From contig JAIYAT010000025.1 of the NCBI GenBank assembly GCA_027488905.1, forward strand, positions 14,139-78,138: 64,000 nt of DNA, written 5' to 3'. Below are positions 1 through 9,599 of the stretch, one piece after another. The notes beneath the pieces were generated by a model. The model saw only the letters and a list, made by a program, of their open reading frames with translations. It was not told the DNA's origin and made no database searches. The first letter of the stretch is position 1. Each line of letters begins with the position of its first letter. This DNA comes from Bacteroidota bacterium. GTDB lineage: Bacteria > Bacteroidota > Bacteroidia > UKL13-3. The position numbers and the translations under genes are program-made.

Positions 1-264
1 TAGGATAATAGAAAACCCATATATGAAATAGGCAAAGGCAAAAAAGAACTTTTCATCAATTACCAAAATCATAAGGCCAACAATAGAGGAAACGCCAATC
101 CAAATAAGCTGTTTTCCGTAGTTTTGACTTGTGTCCCAAATATGAGGATGTGTTTCTTTGAAAACTGAGGCGTAGATACATACTAAACCAAAGCATACCA
201 AAATGGCATAAATTAGAAGCGTTAACCAATCTATTCTACTTGGCTTTGGCTGATGTGCTGTCAT
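1..264 (-). CDS. rodA: rod shape-determining protein RodA (FtsW/RodA/SpoVE family), N-terminal part; the gene runs off the left edge
   Basis: Manual minus-strand translation from the ATG at 264 gives MTAHQPKPSRIDWLTLLIYAILVCFGLVCIYASVF..., a typical RodA N-terminus. The start overlaps the 3' end of mrdA. The position after mreBCD-mrdA is canonical. The ORF is missing from the ORF track because it is open at the window edge. Confidence 0.8.
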   Translation of the reverse strand, partial: MTAHQPKPSRIDWLTLLIYAILVCFGLVCIYASVFKETHPHIWDTSQNYGKQLIWIGVSSIVGLMILVIDEKFFFAFAYFIYGFSIIL

Positions 265-2074
265 TTCGTTTGATTAAATCTGCATTTAACATTCTATCCA
301 AAAGGTACTTCCTTGTTTCGTGTTTACCAGTTAGGTACTCTTCAATCATTAAGCTTGCAATTGGGGCTGCCCATGTGGCTCCAAAGCCAGCGTTTTCTAC
401 AAAAACTGCGATTGCAATTTTGGGATTTTCTTTAGGTGCAAAGGCGAAAAAAACCGAGTGGTCTTTGCCATGCGGGTTTTGGGCTGTTCCTGTTTTGCCA
501 CACACAGTTATATTTGGGATTCGTGCGATATAGGCTGTTCCATGTTCAACAACATCTTGCATGCCATCGATTACTACTTGGAAATAGCCAGTGTCTACGC
601 TTGTCCAGTTTTTTTTATTGAATGATGGGTTTGGGTTACTTTTATTATCAATTTTTTTAACAATATGAGGTGTAATAAAATAACCTTTATTAGCAATTGC
701 GGCGGTGGCATTGGCCATTTGCAGCGGGGTGATACCAAGTTCTCCTTGCCCAATTCCCATTGATATAGTTGTAAGTGCCTGCCACCTGTATCTTCCATAA
801 ATTTTATCGAAGTAGGTTGATTTCTTTAGCACACCTGGTCCCTCTCCAAACAAATCAATTCCAAGTTGATGACCCATCCCAAAGCTATAGGCATGGTCAT
901 AAAACTTTTGGTAGGCGTCTTCAACATGTTTGTATTTTGGGTTGTTTACAACTGATCTATACACTTGACAAAAATAGGCATTACAGCTAACAGCAATCGC
1001 ACCTCTTAATTGAAGTGGTGAGCCATGTGGGTGGCATCCCACAAATAAATAACCACCATGACAACCATAGCTTGTAGCAGGTGTTAATACTCCTTCTTGT
1101 TGTCCCATGAGGCTCATGATAACTTTAAAAATTGAACCTGGAGGGTAGGGGGCAGAAATTGGCCTATTAAATAAAGGTTTGTAAGGGTCTTTGAGCAATT
1201 GCATATACATATTGCCTCTTTCCCTTCCAACTAGCAAGTTTGGGTCATAAGTTGGGGAACTCACCAAAGAAAGTACTTCGCCTGTAGAAGGTTCGATGGC
1301 AACAATACTTCCAATTTTATTTTTCATTAGGGCTTCGCCTAATTGTTGCAGTTTTAGGTTAATGGTAAGGTGGATGTTTTTTCCTGCCAATGCTGCAGTA
1401 TCAAATTCTCCGTTTTTATATCTTCCTTGGGTTCTACTTTTACTATCCACCAAAACATAGCGGGTTCCTTTAACACCTCCTAAGACTTTTTCATAAGTTC
1501 TTTCAACGCCACTTTGGCCAACAAAATCTCCCATTCTGTAGTAACCGTTGCTATTTTCAATTTGCTTTTCGGATACTTCGCCAATGTAGCCCATTACGTG
1601 GGCAGCATTACTATGCTTATATTTTCTATCCGTTCTAACCTCTACAAAAAATCCTTGAAAGTCGTATAGCTTTTCTTGAAAAGCTGCATAAGTTGGAATA
1701 GTTATTTGGCGCTGAAATACAATTGGGCGCCAAGGGCTATAGCCTTTTTGTCTTCTTAACCTAGCAAAAGTGGCTATAAACTCTTCTTTAGTTAGGTTCA
1801 AAACGTTACAAAATGCAAGTGTATCTAGATTTTTAACTTGTTCAGGAATAACCGAAAGATCATAGATGGCATCATTGTAAACCAATAACTCTCCATTGCG
1901 GTCATAAATTAATCCACGTGCTGGGTAAATGGTTTGCTCCTGAAGTACATTGTTTTGGGCAAAGTAAACATAGGAAGTATCTATCACTTGCAAGTAAAAC
2001 AACCTTGCTATATAGATCAGCGCTACACTCAGAAAGATAATGAGCAGCGTTATTTGTTTCTCTCCACTGCGCAT
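236..2074 (-). CDS. mrdA: penicillin-binding protein 2 (elongasome transpeptidase)
   Basis: 612 aa with an N-terminal TM anchor, a PBP dimerisation region and a transpeptidase domain (SxxK-like PPGSIFK, KTGTA). Sits between mreD and rodA. Confidence 0.93.
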   Translation of the reverse strand: MRSGEKQITLLIIFLSVALIYIARLFYLQVIDTSYVYFAQNNVLQEQTIYPARGLIYDRNGELLVYNDAIYDLSVIPEQVKNLDTLAFCNVLNLTKEEFIATFARLRRQKGYSPWRPIVFQRQITIPTYAAFQEKLYDFQGFFVEVRTDRKYKHSNAAHVMGYIGEVSEKQIENSNGYYRMGDFVGQSGVERTYEKVLGGVKGTRYVLVDSKSRTQGRYKNGEFDTAALAGKNIHLTINLKLQQLGEALMKNKIGSIVAIEPSTGEVLSLVSSPTYDPNLLVGRERGNMYMQLLKDPYKPLFNRPISAPYPPGSIFKVIMSLMGQQEGVLTPATSYGCHGGYLFVGCHPHGSPLQLRGAIAVSCNAYFCQVYRSVVNNPKYKHVEDAYQKFYDHAYSFGMGHQLGIDLFGEGPGVLKKSTYFDKIYGRYRWQALTTISMGIGQGELGITPLQMANATAAIANKGYFITPHIVKKIDNKSNPNPSFNKKNWTSVDTGYFQVVIDGMQDVVEHGTAYIARIPNITVCGKTGTAQNPHGKDHSVFFAFAPKENPKIAIAVFVENAGFGATWAAPIASLMIEEYLTGKHETRKYLLDRMLNADLIKRNDSTSAKAK

Positions 2075-2076
2075 GA

Positions 2077-2595
2077 TTATCTTGTTTTAGTCTTCTTGAA
2101 AAACAATAACTCTCCAATAACAATAAGGAGTACACTAAAGAGCGCACTACTTGTAATTCTTAAAAGAGTTCTAAAAAACTCAAAGAAGCTGTAAACTTCA
2201 AAAAAGAATAGGAATAAATGATGGGCTAGGGTTAGTGTTAAGGCGTATACTAAGAACCAAACAATTCCTTTATCTGCAATACTGGGAGAAACGCTAGTTT
2301 CAAAATCTTCTTTATTTGCAGCAATCCTAAGGTAGAATCCTCTTAGGTAGCCCATGAAGATTGTTGCTCCCATGTGCAAGCCTGGCGTGCTATAAAAGCT
2401 ATCCATTACCAGGCCTGTAAAGAAAGAAATAATTAATACAATCCACGGTTTCATGTTAACCGGTAAAGACAAAATAAAGATAATATAGATAAATGGATTG
2501 ATGTATGTGGTTAATTCTAAATTGTTAACCACTAGAAGTTGCAACAAAATTAGCAACACAAATCGGGCGATATAGGTTAGCAGTTCAATTATCAC
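2077..2595 (-). CDS. mreD: rod shape-determining protein MreD
   Basis: 172 aa polytopic membrane protein directly downstream of mreC, with an 11 nt overlap. Order is conserved. Confidence 0.85.
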   Translation of the reverse strand: MIIELLTYIARFVLLILLQLLVVNNLELTTYINPFIYIIFILSLPVNMKPWIVLIISFFTGLVMDSFYSTPGLHMGATIFMGYLRGFYLRIAANKEDFETSVSPSIADKGIVWFLVYALTLTLAHHLFLFFFEVYSFFEFFRTLLRITSSALFSVLLIVIGELLFFKKTKTR

Positions 2596-3418
2596 TTTTG
2601 TTGGTTGCCTCCACTTTCAACTGTTCTTCCTTCATGAAGTTTACAATTACATACACATTTTTAAGGGTAGAGAAATTAGTATTTAGCTCTACTTTGATAT
2701 TGTAAAAGTTATCATCGGCTTCAATTAAATGACTATAAACCTTACCCACTGGAATTCCTTGGGGGAATAGCGTTGAGTAATTACTTGTTACAATCTCATC
2801 ATTCATGGTAACTTCTACATGTTTATTTACATATTTCAGCATAGAGAATTTTGGGTCATCTCCATTCCATTCTAAAGAACCAAAGGCATTGTTCTTTTTA
2901 AACATGCAGCTAATTTTGGTATTGCTATTTAAGGCAGAGCGTATGGTAGAATAATGTTCTGAAACACTTGTGATAATACCAACCACTCCGTTACTGCCAA
3001 TTACACCCATATCTGGTTTTATGCCATGAGCAGCGCCTTTATCAATGGTTATGTAGTTGTTTCGTTGCATGATTGAATTATTCACAACATTGGCGGCAAC
3101 GTAAGTATATTGTTGCTTGTAAACAGTGTCGTTTATAGAGGTTTGAGCCAAGCCATTTTGATAATAGGCGTTTAACAATTGGCCTCTCAATCTTGCATTT
3201 TCAGTTAATAAACTATCATTAATTTCTCTTAAACTAAAATAGTTTGTAGTATTATTTACAGTCTCGTAAAACTGACTTGCTATACCACCTGTAAAGTTTA
3301 GGAAATTTGCTTTTTGGTAATTGTTGTACCTGTAAAGAATAATAACTGAAAACATTTCTAATGCAAAAAACAATAGAAACGTATAGTACTTATAAAGGAA
3401 GTATATGAGGTTTCTCAT
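2585..3418 (-). CDS. mreC: rod shape-determining protein MreC
   Basis: 277 aa with an N-terminal TM, a coiled-coil segment (ENARLRGQL) and a beta-rich C-terminus. Lies between mreB and mreD. Confidence 0.88.
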   Translation of the reverse strand: MRNLIYFLYKYYTFLLFFALEMFSVIILYRYNNYQKANFLNFTGGIASQFYETVNNTTNYFSLREINDSLLTENARLRGQLLNAYYQNGLAQTSINDTVYKQQYTYVAANVVNNSIMQRNNYITIDKGAAHGIKPDMGVIGSNGVVGIITSVSEHYSTIRSALNSNTKISCMFKKNNAFGSLEWNGDDPKFSMLKYVNKHVEVTMNDEIVTSNYSTLFPQGIPVGKVYSHLIEADDNFYNIKVELNTNFSTLKNVYVIVNFMKEEQLKVEATNKSDN

Positions 3419-3432
3419 GTCTACTTACCTAA

Positions 3433-4455
3433 TCAGGTCATCAAGAATTTGTGGTTTTTCAAGTTTTTCAAAGCCATTCCTGTTCCTCTAACCACGGCTC
3501 TTAATGGATCTTCAGCCACATGAACAGGTAACTTTGTTTTAGTTGCAATACGCTTGTCCAAGCCTCTTAATAAGGCGCCACCACCTGTAAGATAGAGACC
3601 AGTTGAATAAATATCAGCAGATAGTTCTGGTGGAGTAAGCTCAAGTGCTCTAAGGATAGCTTCTTCAATTTTAGAAATAGATTTGTCTAATGCAGAAGCT
3701 ATTTCACTATAACTAACGCTAATTTGTTTTGGAATACCAGTCATTAAATCCCTTCCATTAACTGCAAAATCTAAAGGAGGGTTTTCAAGTTCTGGTAGTG
3801 CCGAACCAACTTCAATTTTAATTCTTTCAGCAGTTCTTTCACCTACAAGTAAATTGTGTTGCCTGCGCATGTAATCCAAAATATCTTCTGTAAACTCATC
3901 TCCAGCTACCCTAATAGATTGGTCACAAACAATGCCCGCCAATGCAATAACCGCGATTTCTGTGGTTCCTCCGCCAATGTCAATGATCATGTTTCCCATT
4001 GGTTCAAACACATCTATGCCAATTCCTATGGCAGCGGCCATTGGTTCATGAATTAGATAAACCTCCTTTGCGCCTGCACGCTCTGCAGAATCTTTTACTG
4101 CACGTTTTTCCACTTCTGTGATACCAGAAGGAATACATATAACCATGCGTTGCTGAGGTTTGATAAGCCTATTGGTTTGTGGTATCATGTTAATCATACC
4201 ACGTATCATATGTTCGGCTGCTTGAAAATCTGCAATAACACCATCCTTCAAAGGTCTAATGGTTTTGATATCTTCATGCACTTTCCCATGCATCTGTTGT
4301 GCTTGACTTCCAACAGCTATGACATTGCCGGTTCTTCTATTAACTGCTATGATAGAAGGTTCATCAACTACCACCTGATCTTTATGTATAATTAGCGTAT
4401 TGGCTGTCCCTAAGTCGATGGCCAAGTCTTGCGTTAAAAAGCTGAATGCGCTCAT
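3433..4455 (-). CDS. mreB: rod shape-determining protein MreB (actin-like ATPase)
   Basis: 340 aa. DLGTANT phosphate-1 motif, DIGGGTTE phosphate-2 motif and LTGGGALLRGLD adenosine motif. Confidence 0.97.
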   Translation of the reverse strand: MSAFSFLTQDLAIDLGTANTLIIHKDQVVVDEPSIIAVNRRTGNVIAVGSQAQQMHGKVHEDIKTIRPLKDGVIADFQAAEHMIRGMINMIPQTNRLIKPQQRMVICIPSGITEVEKRAVKDSAERAGAKEVYLIHEPMAAAIGIGIDVFEPMGNMIIDIGGGTTEIAVIALAGIVCDQSIRVAGDEFTEDILDYMRRQHNLLVGERTAERIKIEVGSALPELENPPLDFAVNGRDLMTGIPKQISVSYSEIASALDKSISKIEEAILRALELTPPELSADIYSTGLYLTGGGALLRGLDKRIATKTKLPVHVAEDPLRAVVRGTGMALKNLKNHKFLMT

Positions 4456-4590
4456 GAATATGTTCTCTTGGGAAATTTTGGGTTAAACACCTGCAAATTA
4501 ATATAAATTCAAAAAAAAGGTGGAAAATTTTTACTTTTAAAAATTAATATTATTCACAAGGTTATTTTAACCCGATTTCAATGTTTAATT

Positions 4591-6117
4591 TTAGTGTTTA
4601 AAATGACGCACACCGGTGAAATACATTGCCATTTTGTGGGCATCACAATAAGCAATAGAAGCACCGTCTTTAATAGAACCTCCGGGCTGTATAACTGCAT
4701 TAATTCCTGCTTGATGAGCTATTTCTACGCAATCTGGAAAAGGGAAAAATGCGTCACTGCTCATCACTGCATCTTTCAAATCAAAGTTAAAAGTTTGTGC
4801 TTTTTGTATGGCTTGTTTTAAGGCATCAACCCTAGAGGTTTGGCCGCAACCTATTCCTAGCAATTGTTGGTTTTTGGCTAAAACAATGGTGTTTGACTTG
4901 GTATGCTTCACAATTTTGTCTGCAAACAACATGTCTGCAATTTGTTCCTTTGTGGCCCCTTCCGCAGTAACTAAGGATAAATTACCTTCTTCCAAAACCA
5001 CTAAGTTTCTGTCTTGAACCAACACGCCATTTAAGGCTGTTCTTACAGTTTGTGTTTTAGGTAAGCTTCCGGTTTGAACCAAAATAATTCTATTCTTTTT
5101 GCTTTTTAATATCTCTAAAGCCTCATCGCTGTAGGATGGAGCTAAAAGAACTTCTAAGAAGATTTTATCTATTTCTAGTGCTGTGGCTTTATCAACAGTT
5201 TGGTTTAAAGCAATGATTCCTCCAAATGCAGAAACTGAATCTCCTGCTAATGCGTCTTTCCATGCCTCTAAAATATTAGCTCTGCTTGCAACTCCGCAAG
5301 GATTATTGTGTTTAATGATGGCAACAGTAGGTTCCTTAAAATCATTAATCAATTGAAAGGCGGCATCCACATCTAATAGATTATTGTAAGATAATTCCTT
5401 GCCATGAAGCTTTGTGATTAAACTATCTAAGTTGCCGTAGAAGTAACCCTTTTGATGCGGGTTTTCTCCATACCTTAAAGTTACGCCACTTTCATGACTC
5501 ACCTTTAGTGCAGGAATGTTTTCTGTTGTATTGAAGTATTCAAAAATTGCAGAATCATAATGCGAACTTACTTGAAACGCATGGGCGGCAAAGGATTTAC
5601 GCTGAGCCAAGGTGCTGCTGCAAGCTTGTGTTTTTAGGATTTCGAGTAAATTAGGATACAAGTTTGTGTGCGACACTATTAAAGTGTACTTGAAGTTTTT
5701 TGCTGCAGCTCTAATCAATGAGATGCCTCCAATATCTATTTTCTCAATGATTTTTTGTTCTTCATTGGTTTGTTTTCTTGTTTCTTCAAAAGGATACAAA
5801 TCCACCATAACCAAATCAAAAAGCGGAATTTCAAAACTGGCAATTTCAGATAAATCGCTGGCTTCTTCTCTTCTTGCAAGTATGCCTCCGAAAACTTTTG
5901 GGTGCAAAGTTTTAACCCTTCCGCCTAAAATACTTGGATATCCAGTTAAAGTTTCCACCGCAATAACAGGTATTCCTAAGTTTTCAATAAAGGTTTGGGT
6001 ACCACCAGTAGAGTAAATTTTTACACCTGCTTTATGAAGTTCTTCTGCTATGGGTGCTAATCCGTCTTTGTAAAATACAGATATTAAGGCGTTTGAGATT
6101 TTTTGAGATGCTAACAT
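4591..6117 (-). CDS. purH: bifunctional AICAR transformylase / IMP cyclohydrolase
   Basis: Full-length PurH-like translation (MGS-like N-domain ALISVFYKDG, AICARFT domain, C-terminal VRHFKH). I start at the ATG at 6117, since the ORF-track extension to 6150 begins with TTG. Confidence 0.95.
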   Translation of the reverse strand: MLASQKISNALISVFYKDGLAPIAEELHKAGVKIYSTGGTQTFIENLGIPVIAVETLTGYPSILGGRVKTLHPKVFGGILARREEASDLSEIASFEIPLFDLVMVDLYPFEETRKQTNEEQKIIEKIDIGGISLIRAAAKNFKYTLIVSHTNLYPNLLEILKTQACSSTLAQRKSFAAHAFQVSSHYDSAIFEYFNTTENIPALKVSHESGVTLRYGENPHQKGYFYGNLDSLITKLHGKELSYNNLLDVDAAFQLINDFKEPTVAIIKHNNPCGVASRANILEAWKDALAGDSVSAFGGIIALNQTVDKATALEIDKIFLEVLLAPSYSDEALEILKSKKNRIILVQTGSLPKTQTVRTALNGVLVQDRNLVVLEEGNLSLVTAEGATKEQIADMLFADKIVKHTKSNTIVLAKNQQLLGIGCGQTSRVDALKQAIQKAQTFNFDLKDAVMSSDAFFPFPDCVEIAHQAGINAVIQPGGSIKDGASIAYCDAHKMAMYFTGVRHFKH

Positions 6118-6168
6118 GCCGTTTAATTTTGAGGGCACAAAAGTAAGCAAACATTAAGACAATGCAGT

Positions 6169-6747
6169 TTATTCTAGCATTTTATCTAATACTTTTTCAA
6201 TCTCAGCTGGAACATGTTTTTGTTCCAAAGTATGCACCTTTTCTGCAATTTCATTTGCGCTATCTGCCTCCGATATTTCAAAAGTAAATTGTGCAATGAT
6301 TTCTCCTTCGTCAAATGCTTCATTTACCCAATGAATACTTATGCCACTGTTTGTTTCTCCTGCTCGTTTTACAGCCTCATGAACATGCATGCCATACATG
6401 CCTTTGCCCCCAAATTTTGGAAGCAAAGCAGGATGTAGGTTTAAAATTTTGTTAGGAAAAGCATTTACTATAAAGGGTGGAATTTTCCATAAAAAGCCTA
6501 GTAAGCAAATTAGGCTAGGTTCAAACCGAGATATAACTGGTAAAATTACTGCTGGGTTGTTAAAGTCGGCCCGATTTACCAAAATAACTGGTATCCCTAA
6601 TTCTTTCATTTTTTCAATGACACCTGCATTGGGATTATTACAAATTAACCCAGTAATTTTTACCTTGGGATTTTTTTTAAAATATTGGCAAATATTTACG
6701 GCATTGCTTCCGCTGCCACTGGCAAATAAGAGCAGATTTTTACTCAT
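6169..6747 (-). CDS. purN: phosphoribosylglycinamide formyltransferase
   Basis: 192 aa with SGSGSN and HPALLPKFGG(K)GMYG motifs typical of GAR transformylase. Adjacent to purH. Confidence 0.93.
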   Translation of the reverse strand: MSKNLLLFASGSGSNAVNICQYFKKNPKVKITGLICNNPNAGVIEKMKELGIPVILVNRADFNNPAVILPVISRFEPSLICLLGFLWKIPPFIVNAFPNKILNLHPALLPKFGGKGMYGMHVHEAVKRAGETNSGISIHWVNEAFDEGEIIAQFTFEISEADSANEIAEKVHTLEQKHVPAEIEKVLDKMLE

Positions 6748-8252
6748 TAGAATTTTAACTCGTCTACAAATATTTTCTTGAATAATGAATCAGTATTTGC
6801 GTTGCCATTAAATTGTTCTAATGGAATACTACTAATGATAAAGTTTGTATTGCCATTTGATGCATTTATTCTTTTTGCCAATACGGTAGAAGTTCCATTC
6901 CAGGCGATGGGTGGCTGACCGCTTTTGCTTTCTATGATACCACCTGCATATAAAGAATCATAAGTTAATTGTGCAGTAGATAAGTTAATTTCAAATGGAC
7001 GAGCCGAAGGAATTATGGCGGTCGATTTTAAGGTTGGCCAACCAGGTGAAACAGGTAAAACCAAACTATTGATATTCACCCTAAATATTGACCCACCAGT
7101 AGGATTAACCAATTGTCTAATGGGAGTCCAATCCAAAAAGTTGGAAAGTGGATCGAAGCTAGAATTAATGGCCACCGCCATATATAAACTGCCGCCATTA
7201 TCAAAAAATGGTCCTGTGGTTCTTTGTCCTAATGAAAAGGAGAAACTTGCATCATCTGCAAACCAAACCATTTTTTTGAACAGGCTAAAGGTTCTGCTTT
7301 GTGTTAAGAAATCGGGTTGTAGTTGCGTGTAATTGCTGTTTATGATTTCGGTTGCTTGCAAGGTGTCGAATAGCAAAATACCATTGTTTTTTAGCCTATT
7401 TGAGTAAAAATTTTGAACTGCAAATTTACTGCTGCTGTAGGCATTTACTAATAAAACATCGGCATTCACTTTTTTTACCCAAATGGCAGGAGAACCCACA
7501 AATCCAGATTTTGATTGCGCTTTGTCTACTGCACGCAGGTAGAAAATATTTGAAGCATTATGCAAAAGTCCATTAACTGTTCCTGCTAGCGCTGTTGTAT
7601 TGTTGTTGATATAAACTTTGCTTGGACCACCATTGCCTTTTGGATCTTCTGCTACAACAGTAAAAGCATTAGCATTTGCTGGTAAGATGAATGGCGTTGT
7701 ATTGGTGTCATTTATGTATAGTTCAAAACCATTTAAGTCTTGTTGGCCATCTGGGTCAGTGCCTTCAATGCTATATTTTATGACAGGAAACACCAACACT
7801 GGATTTTGGGAAGCAATGCCGCCTAAAGGTTGTGAAAAAATAAAACTAACCTTTGGTTTTGAGTTTTTTATTGGAAATAAAGTAGAAGCTGGACTTTGGT
7901 CTTTTCTGCCGAGGTTGTCAATTGCTCGCACATAAATTACAAGGTCCGCACTATCCTTTCCAGGGGGAATAGTAAGTAAAAAACTGCTATCCTGAGTGGT
8001 TGTAAAGTGCCAAGTAACTTGGTTGTCTGTTGAAATTTCGTAGCCAACAATGAAACCGCCAGGTGCATTTCCCCACCAATTTGCCTCAACATTGGTTGTG
8101 AGTCTGTTTTCTCCTGTTCTAAATATGGTATCTACAACCATAAAAGTTTCAGGGTTTTCTTGAGTAGTTTTTTCATTATCAAAACCACTTTTGCAAGCCA
8201 TTAAAAAGCTTATGAGGCTTAATAAAATGATAAATAAATTCTTTTTGTTCAT
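6747..8252 (-). CDS. lipoprotein of unknown function
   Basis: Lipobox-type signal peptide MNKKNLFIILLSLISFLMAC when started at the ATG at 8252. Long uninterrupted ORF. Its stop overlaps the purN start codon by 1 nt (TAATG). Confidence 0.7.
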   Translation of the reverse strand: MNKKNLFIILLSLISFLMACKSGFDNEKTTQENPETFMVVDTIFRTGENRLTTNVEANWWGNAPGGFIVGYEISTDNQVTWHFTTTQDSSFLLTIPPGKDSADLVIYVRAIDNLGRKDQSPASTLFPIKNSKPKVSFIFSQPLGGIASQNPVLVFPVIKYSIEGTDPDGQQDLNGFELYINDTNTTPFILPANANAFTVVAEDPKGNGGPSKVYINNNTTALAGTVNGLLHNASNIFYLRAVDKAQSKSGFVGSPAIWVKKVNADVLLVNAYSSSKFAVQNFYSNRLKNNGILLFDTLQATEIINSNYTQLQPDFLTQSRTFSLFKKMVWFADDASFSFSLGQRTTGPFFDNGGSLYMAVAINSSFDPLSNFLDWTPIRQLVNPTGGSIFRVNINSLVLPVSPGWPTLKSTAIIPSARPFEINLSTAQLTYDSLYAGGIIESKSGQPPIAWNGTSTVLAKRINASNGNTNFIISSIPLEQFNGNANTDSLFKKIFVDELKF

Positions 8253-8332
8253 GCCTTTCAAACAGATTTTCAAACTTAACAGAATTGCATGGCCAATCCA
8301 ACAGGATAATATTACTTTACTATTTCATAAAC

Positions 8333-8815
8333 TCATTTTTGTAGCAATAGCATTTTTAGGGCTGTTTCTGCAGCTTCAATACCTTTGTTACCATGCTTTC
8401 CTCCAGCTCTATCAATAGCCTGTTGCTGGTTTTGTGTGGTTAATACGCCAAAGATGACTGGCTTGTTGGTTTGTAATCCCACTTGCATGATACCATTGGC
8501 GCAGGCCTCACATATAAAATCGAAATGCCTAGTTTCACCTTGAATCACGCAGCCAATTGCAATTACTGCGTGAATGTTTTTTTGCTCAGCCATCCATTTG
8601 CTGGCCAGCGGTAATTCAAAGCTTCCGGGTACGGTTTGAACCAAAACCTGATCCGCAGGTACGCCTTTTTGAATTAAAAATGTAACCGCAGCCTCGCTCA
8701 TAGCAAAAGTAACTTCTGGGTTCCATTCGGATACTACCAGGCCAATGTTAAGGCTTTGGAAAAATTCATTGGATTCGAGAGAGGTTTGCGATAGGTTTTT
8801 ATTAGCAGTAGACAT
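8333..8815 (-). CDS. ribH: 6,7-dimethyl-8-ribityllumazine synthase
   Basis: 160 aa with lumazine synthase hallmarks (VPGSFELP, IAIGCVIQGETRHFDFI). Confidence 0.95.
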   Translation of the reverse strand: MSTANKNLSQTSLESNEFFQSLNIGLVVSEWNPEVTFAMSEAAVTFLIQKGVPADQVLVQTVPGSFELPLASKWMAEQKNIHAVIAIGCVIQGETRHFDFICEACANGIMQVGLQTNKPVIFGVLTTQNQQQAIDRAGGKHGNKGIEAAETALKMLLLQK

Positions 8816-8831
8816 TAGACTGAGTATTTAT

Positions 8832-8863
8832 AAAACAAAAAAAGGAACTGAAAACTCAGTTCC
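8832..8863 (-). terminator. rho-independent terminator after the TPR gene
   Basis: 8 bp stem GGAACTGA/TCAGTTCC (8844-8851 / 8856-8863) with a 4 nt loop. On the minus strand it is followed by TTTTTTTGTTTT. Confidence 0.75.
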
Positions 8864-8884
8864 TTTTCAAATAATTTTTGAATA

Positions 8885-9580
8885 TTAGTTTGCGTTTGCC
8901 GCAGTTGCTCTAGCAATAAATTTATCAATATCTTGAGCTTCGCTGCTTTCAGGATATTCATTTTTAATTTTTTCGTAAGCACGCACAGCGTTGTCCATCG
9001 ACTTTAATTCCTCAAAAGCAATTCCAGCTTTCTTTAAAAAGATTGGTGCGGTAATTTTATTATGACTTTGGCCAGCTGCTTTCATATAAAGTGAAGCTCC
9101 TTTTTCGATGTCATTTAATTCTACATAAGCATCACCTTTTAATCCAGTTGCTAAAGGACCAACCAAATCATTATCAGTGCTAAAACCATCTAGCATGTCA
9201 ATAGCATTTTGAAATTCGCCTTTGCGCATGTAACAAACTCCAGCATAATAGTGGGCAAGTTTACCAGATTTGGTTAAACCAAACTCATCAGCTATTGCAA
9301 TGAATCCAGCATTCTCGCCTAATCCATTCAAAGCTAAATTAAAACTGTCTTTTTCAAACCAAATTTGGGCTTGATACATAGCAGCTTGAGCTTCTTTTTC
9401 TTTTGGTTCAATATAAAACATTTTAAAAGCCACATAACCGCCAACCAAAGCAACAATTGCAATGATTCCTGTGGTAATTTGTTTTTTATAGGTATGGTAG
9501 AATTTTTCTACTTTATGACTTGTTTCAATAAGGGTTGTATCTAAATCTAAACCCTGATTTTTTTCTTCTTTGTGCTCCAT
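8885..9580 (-). CDS. membrane-anchored tetratricopeptide-repeat protein (YfgM-like)
   Basis: 231 aa with a single TM (ITTGIIAIVALVGGYVAF) followed by TPR-like helices. Confidence 0.7.
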   Translation of the reverse strand: MEHKEEKNQGLDLDTTLIETSHKVEKFYHTYKKQITTGIIAIVALVGGYVAFKMFYIEPKEKEAQAAMYQAQIWFEKDSFNLALNGLGENAGFIAIADEFGLTKSGKLAHYYAGVCYMRKGEFQNAIDMLDGFSTDNDLVGPLATGLKGDAYVELNDIEKGASLYMKAAGQSHNKITAPIFLKKAGIAFEELKSMDNAVRAYEKIKNEYPESSEAQDIDKFIARATAANAN

Positions 9581-9599
9581 TATCTTTATCTAAAATTAC

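Noticed and set aside
5612-6016. Antisense shadow ORFs of 60 to 142 aa inside well-supported genes (for example 5612..6016, 6389..6781, 7015..7332, 9945..10373, 42556..42909, 61657..62073, 62013..62294)
   Set aside because: Each is fully contained in a longer ORF on the opposite strand that has clear family motifs. Their translations are low-complexity or Cys/Phe-rich, as is typical of antisense frames.
4591-6150. N-terminal extensions given by the ORF track for purH (6150), ald (29531), mdh (48373), the thiolase (61366), the kinase at 28476 and others
   Set aside because: The extended starts are TTG codons. Internal ATGs (6117, 29594, 48421, 61438, 28467) give canonical family N-termini or signal peptides.
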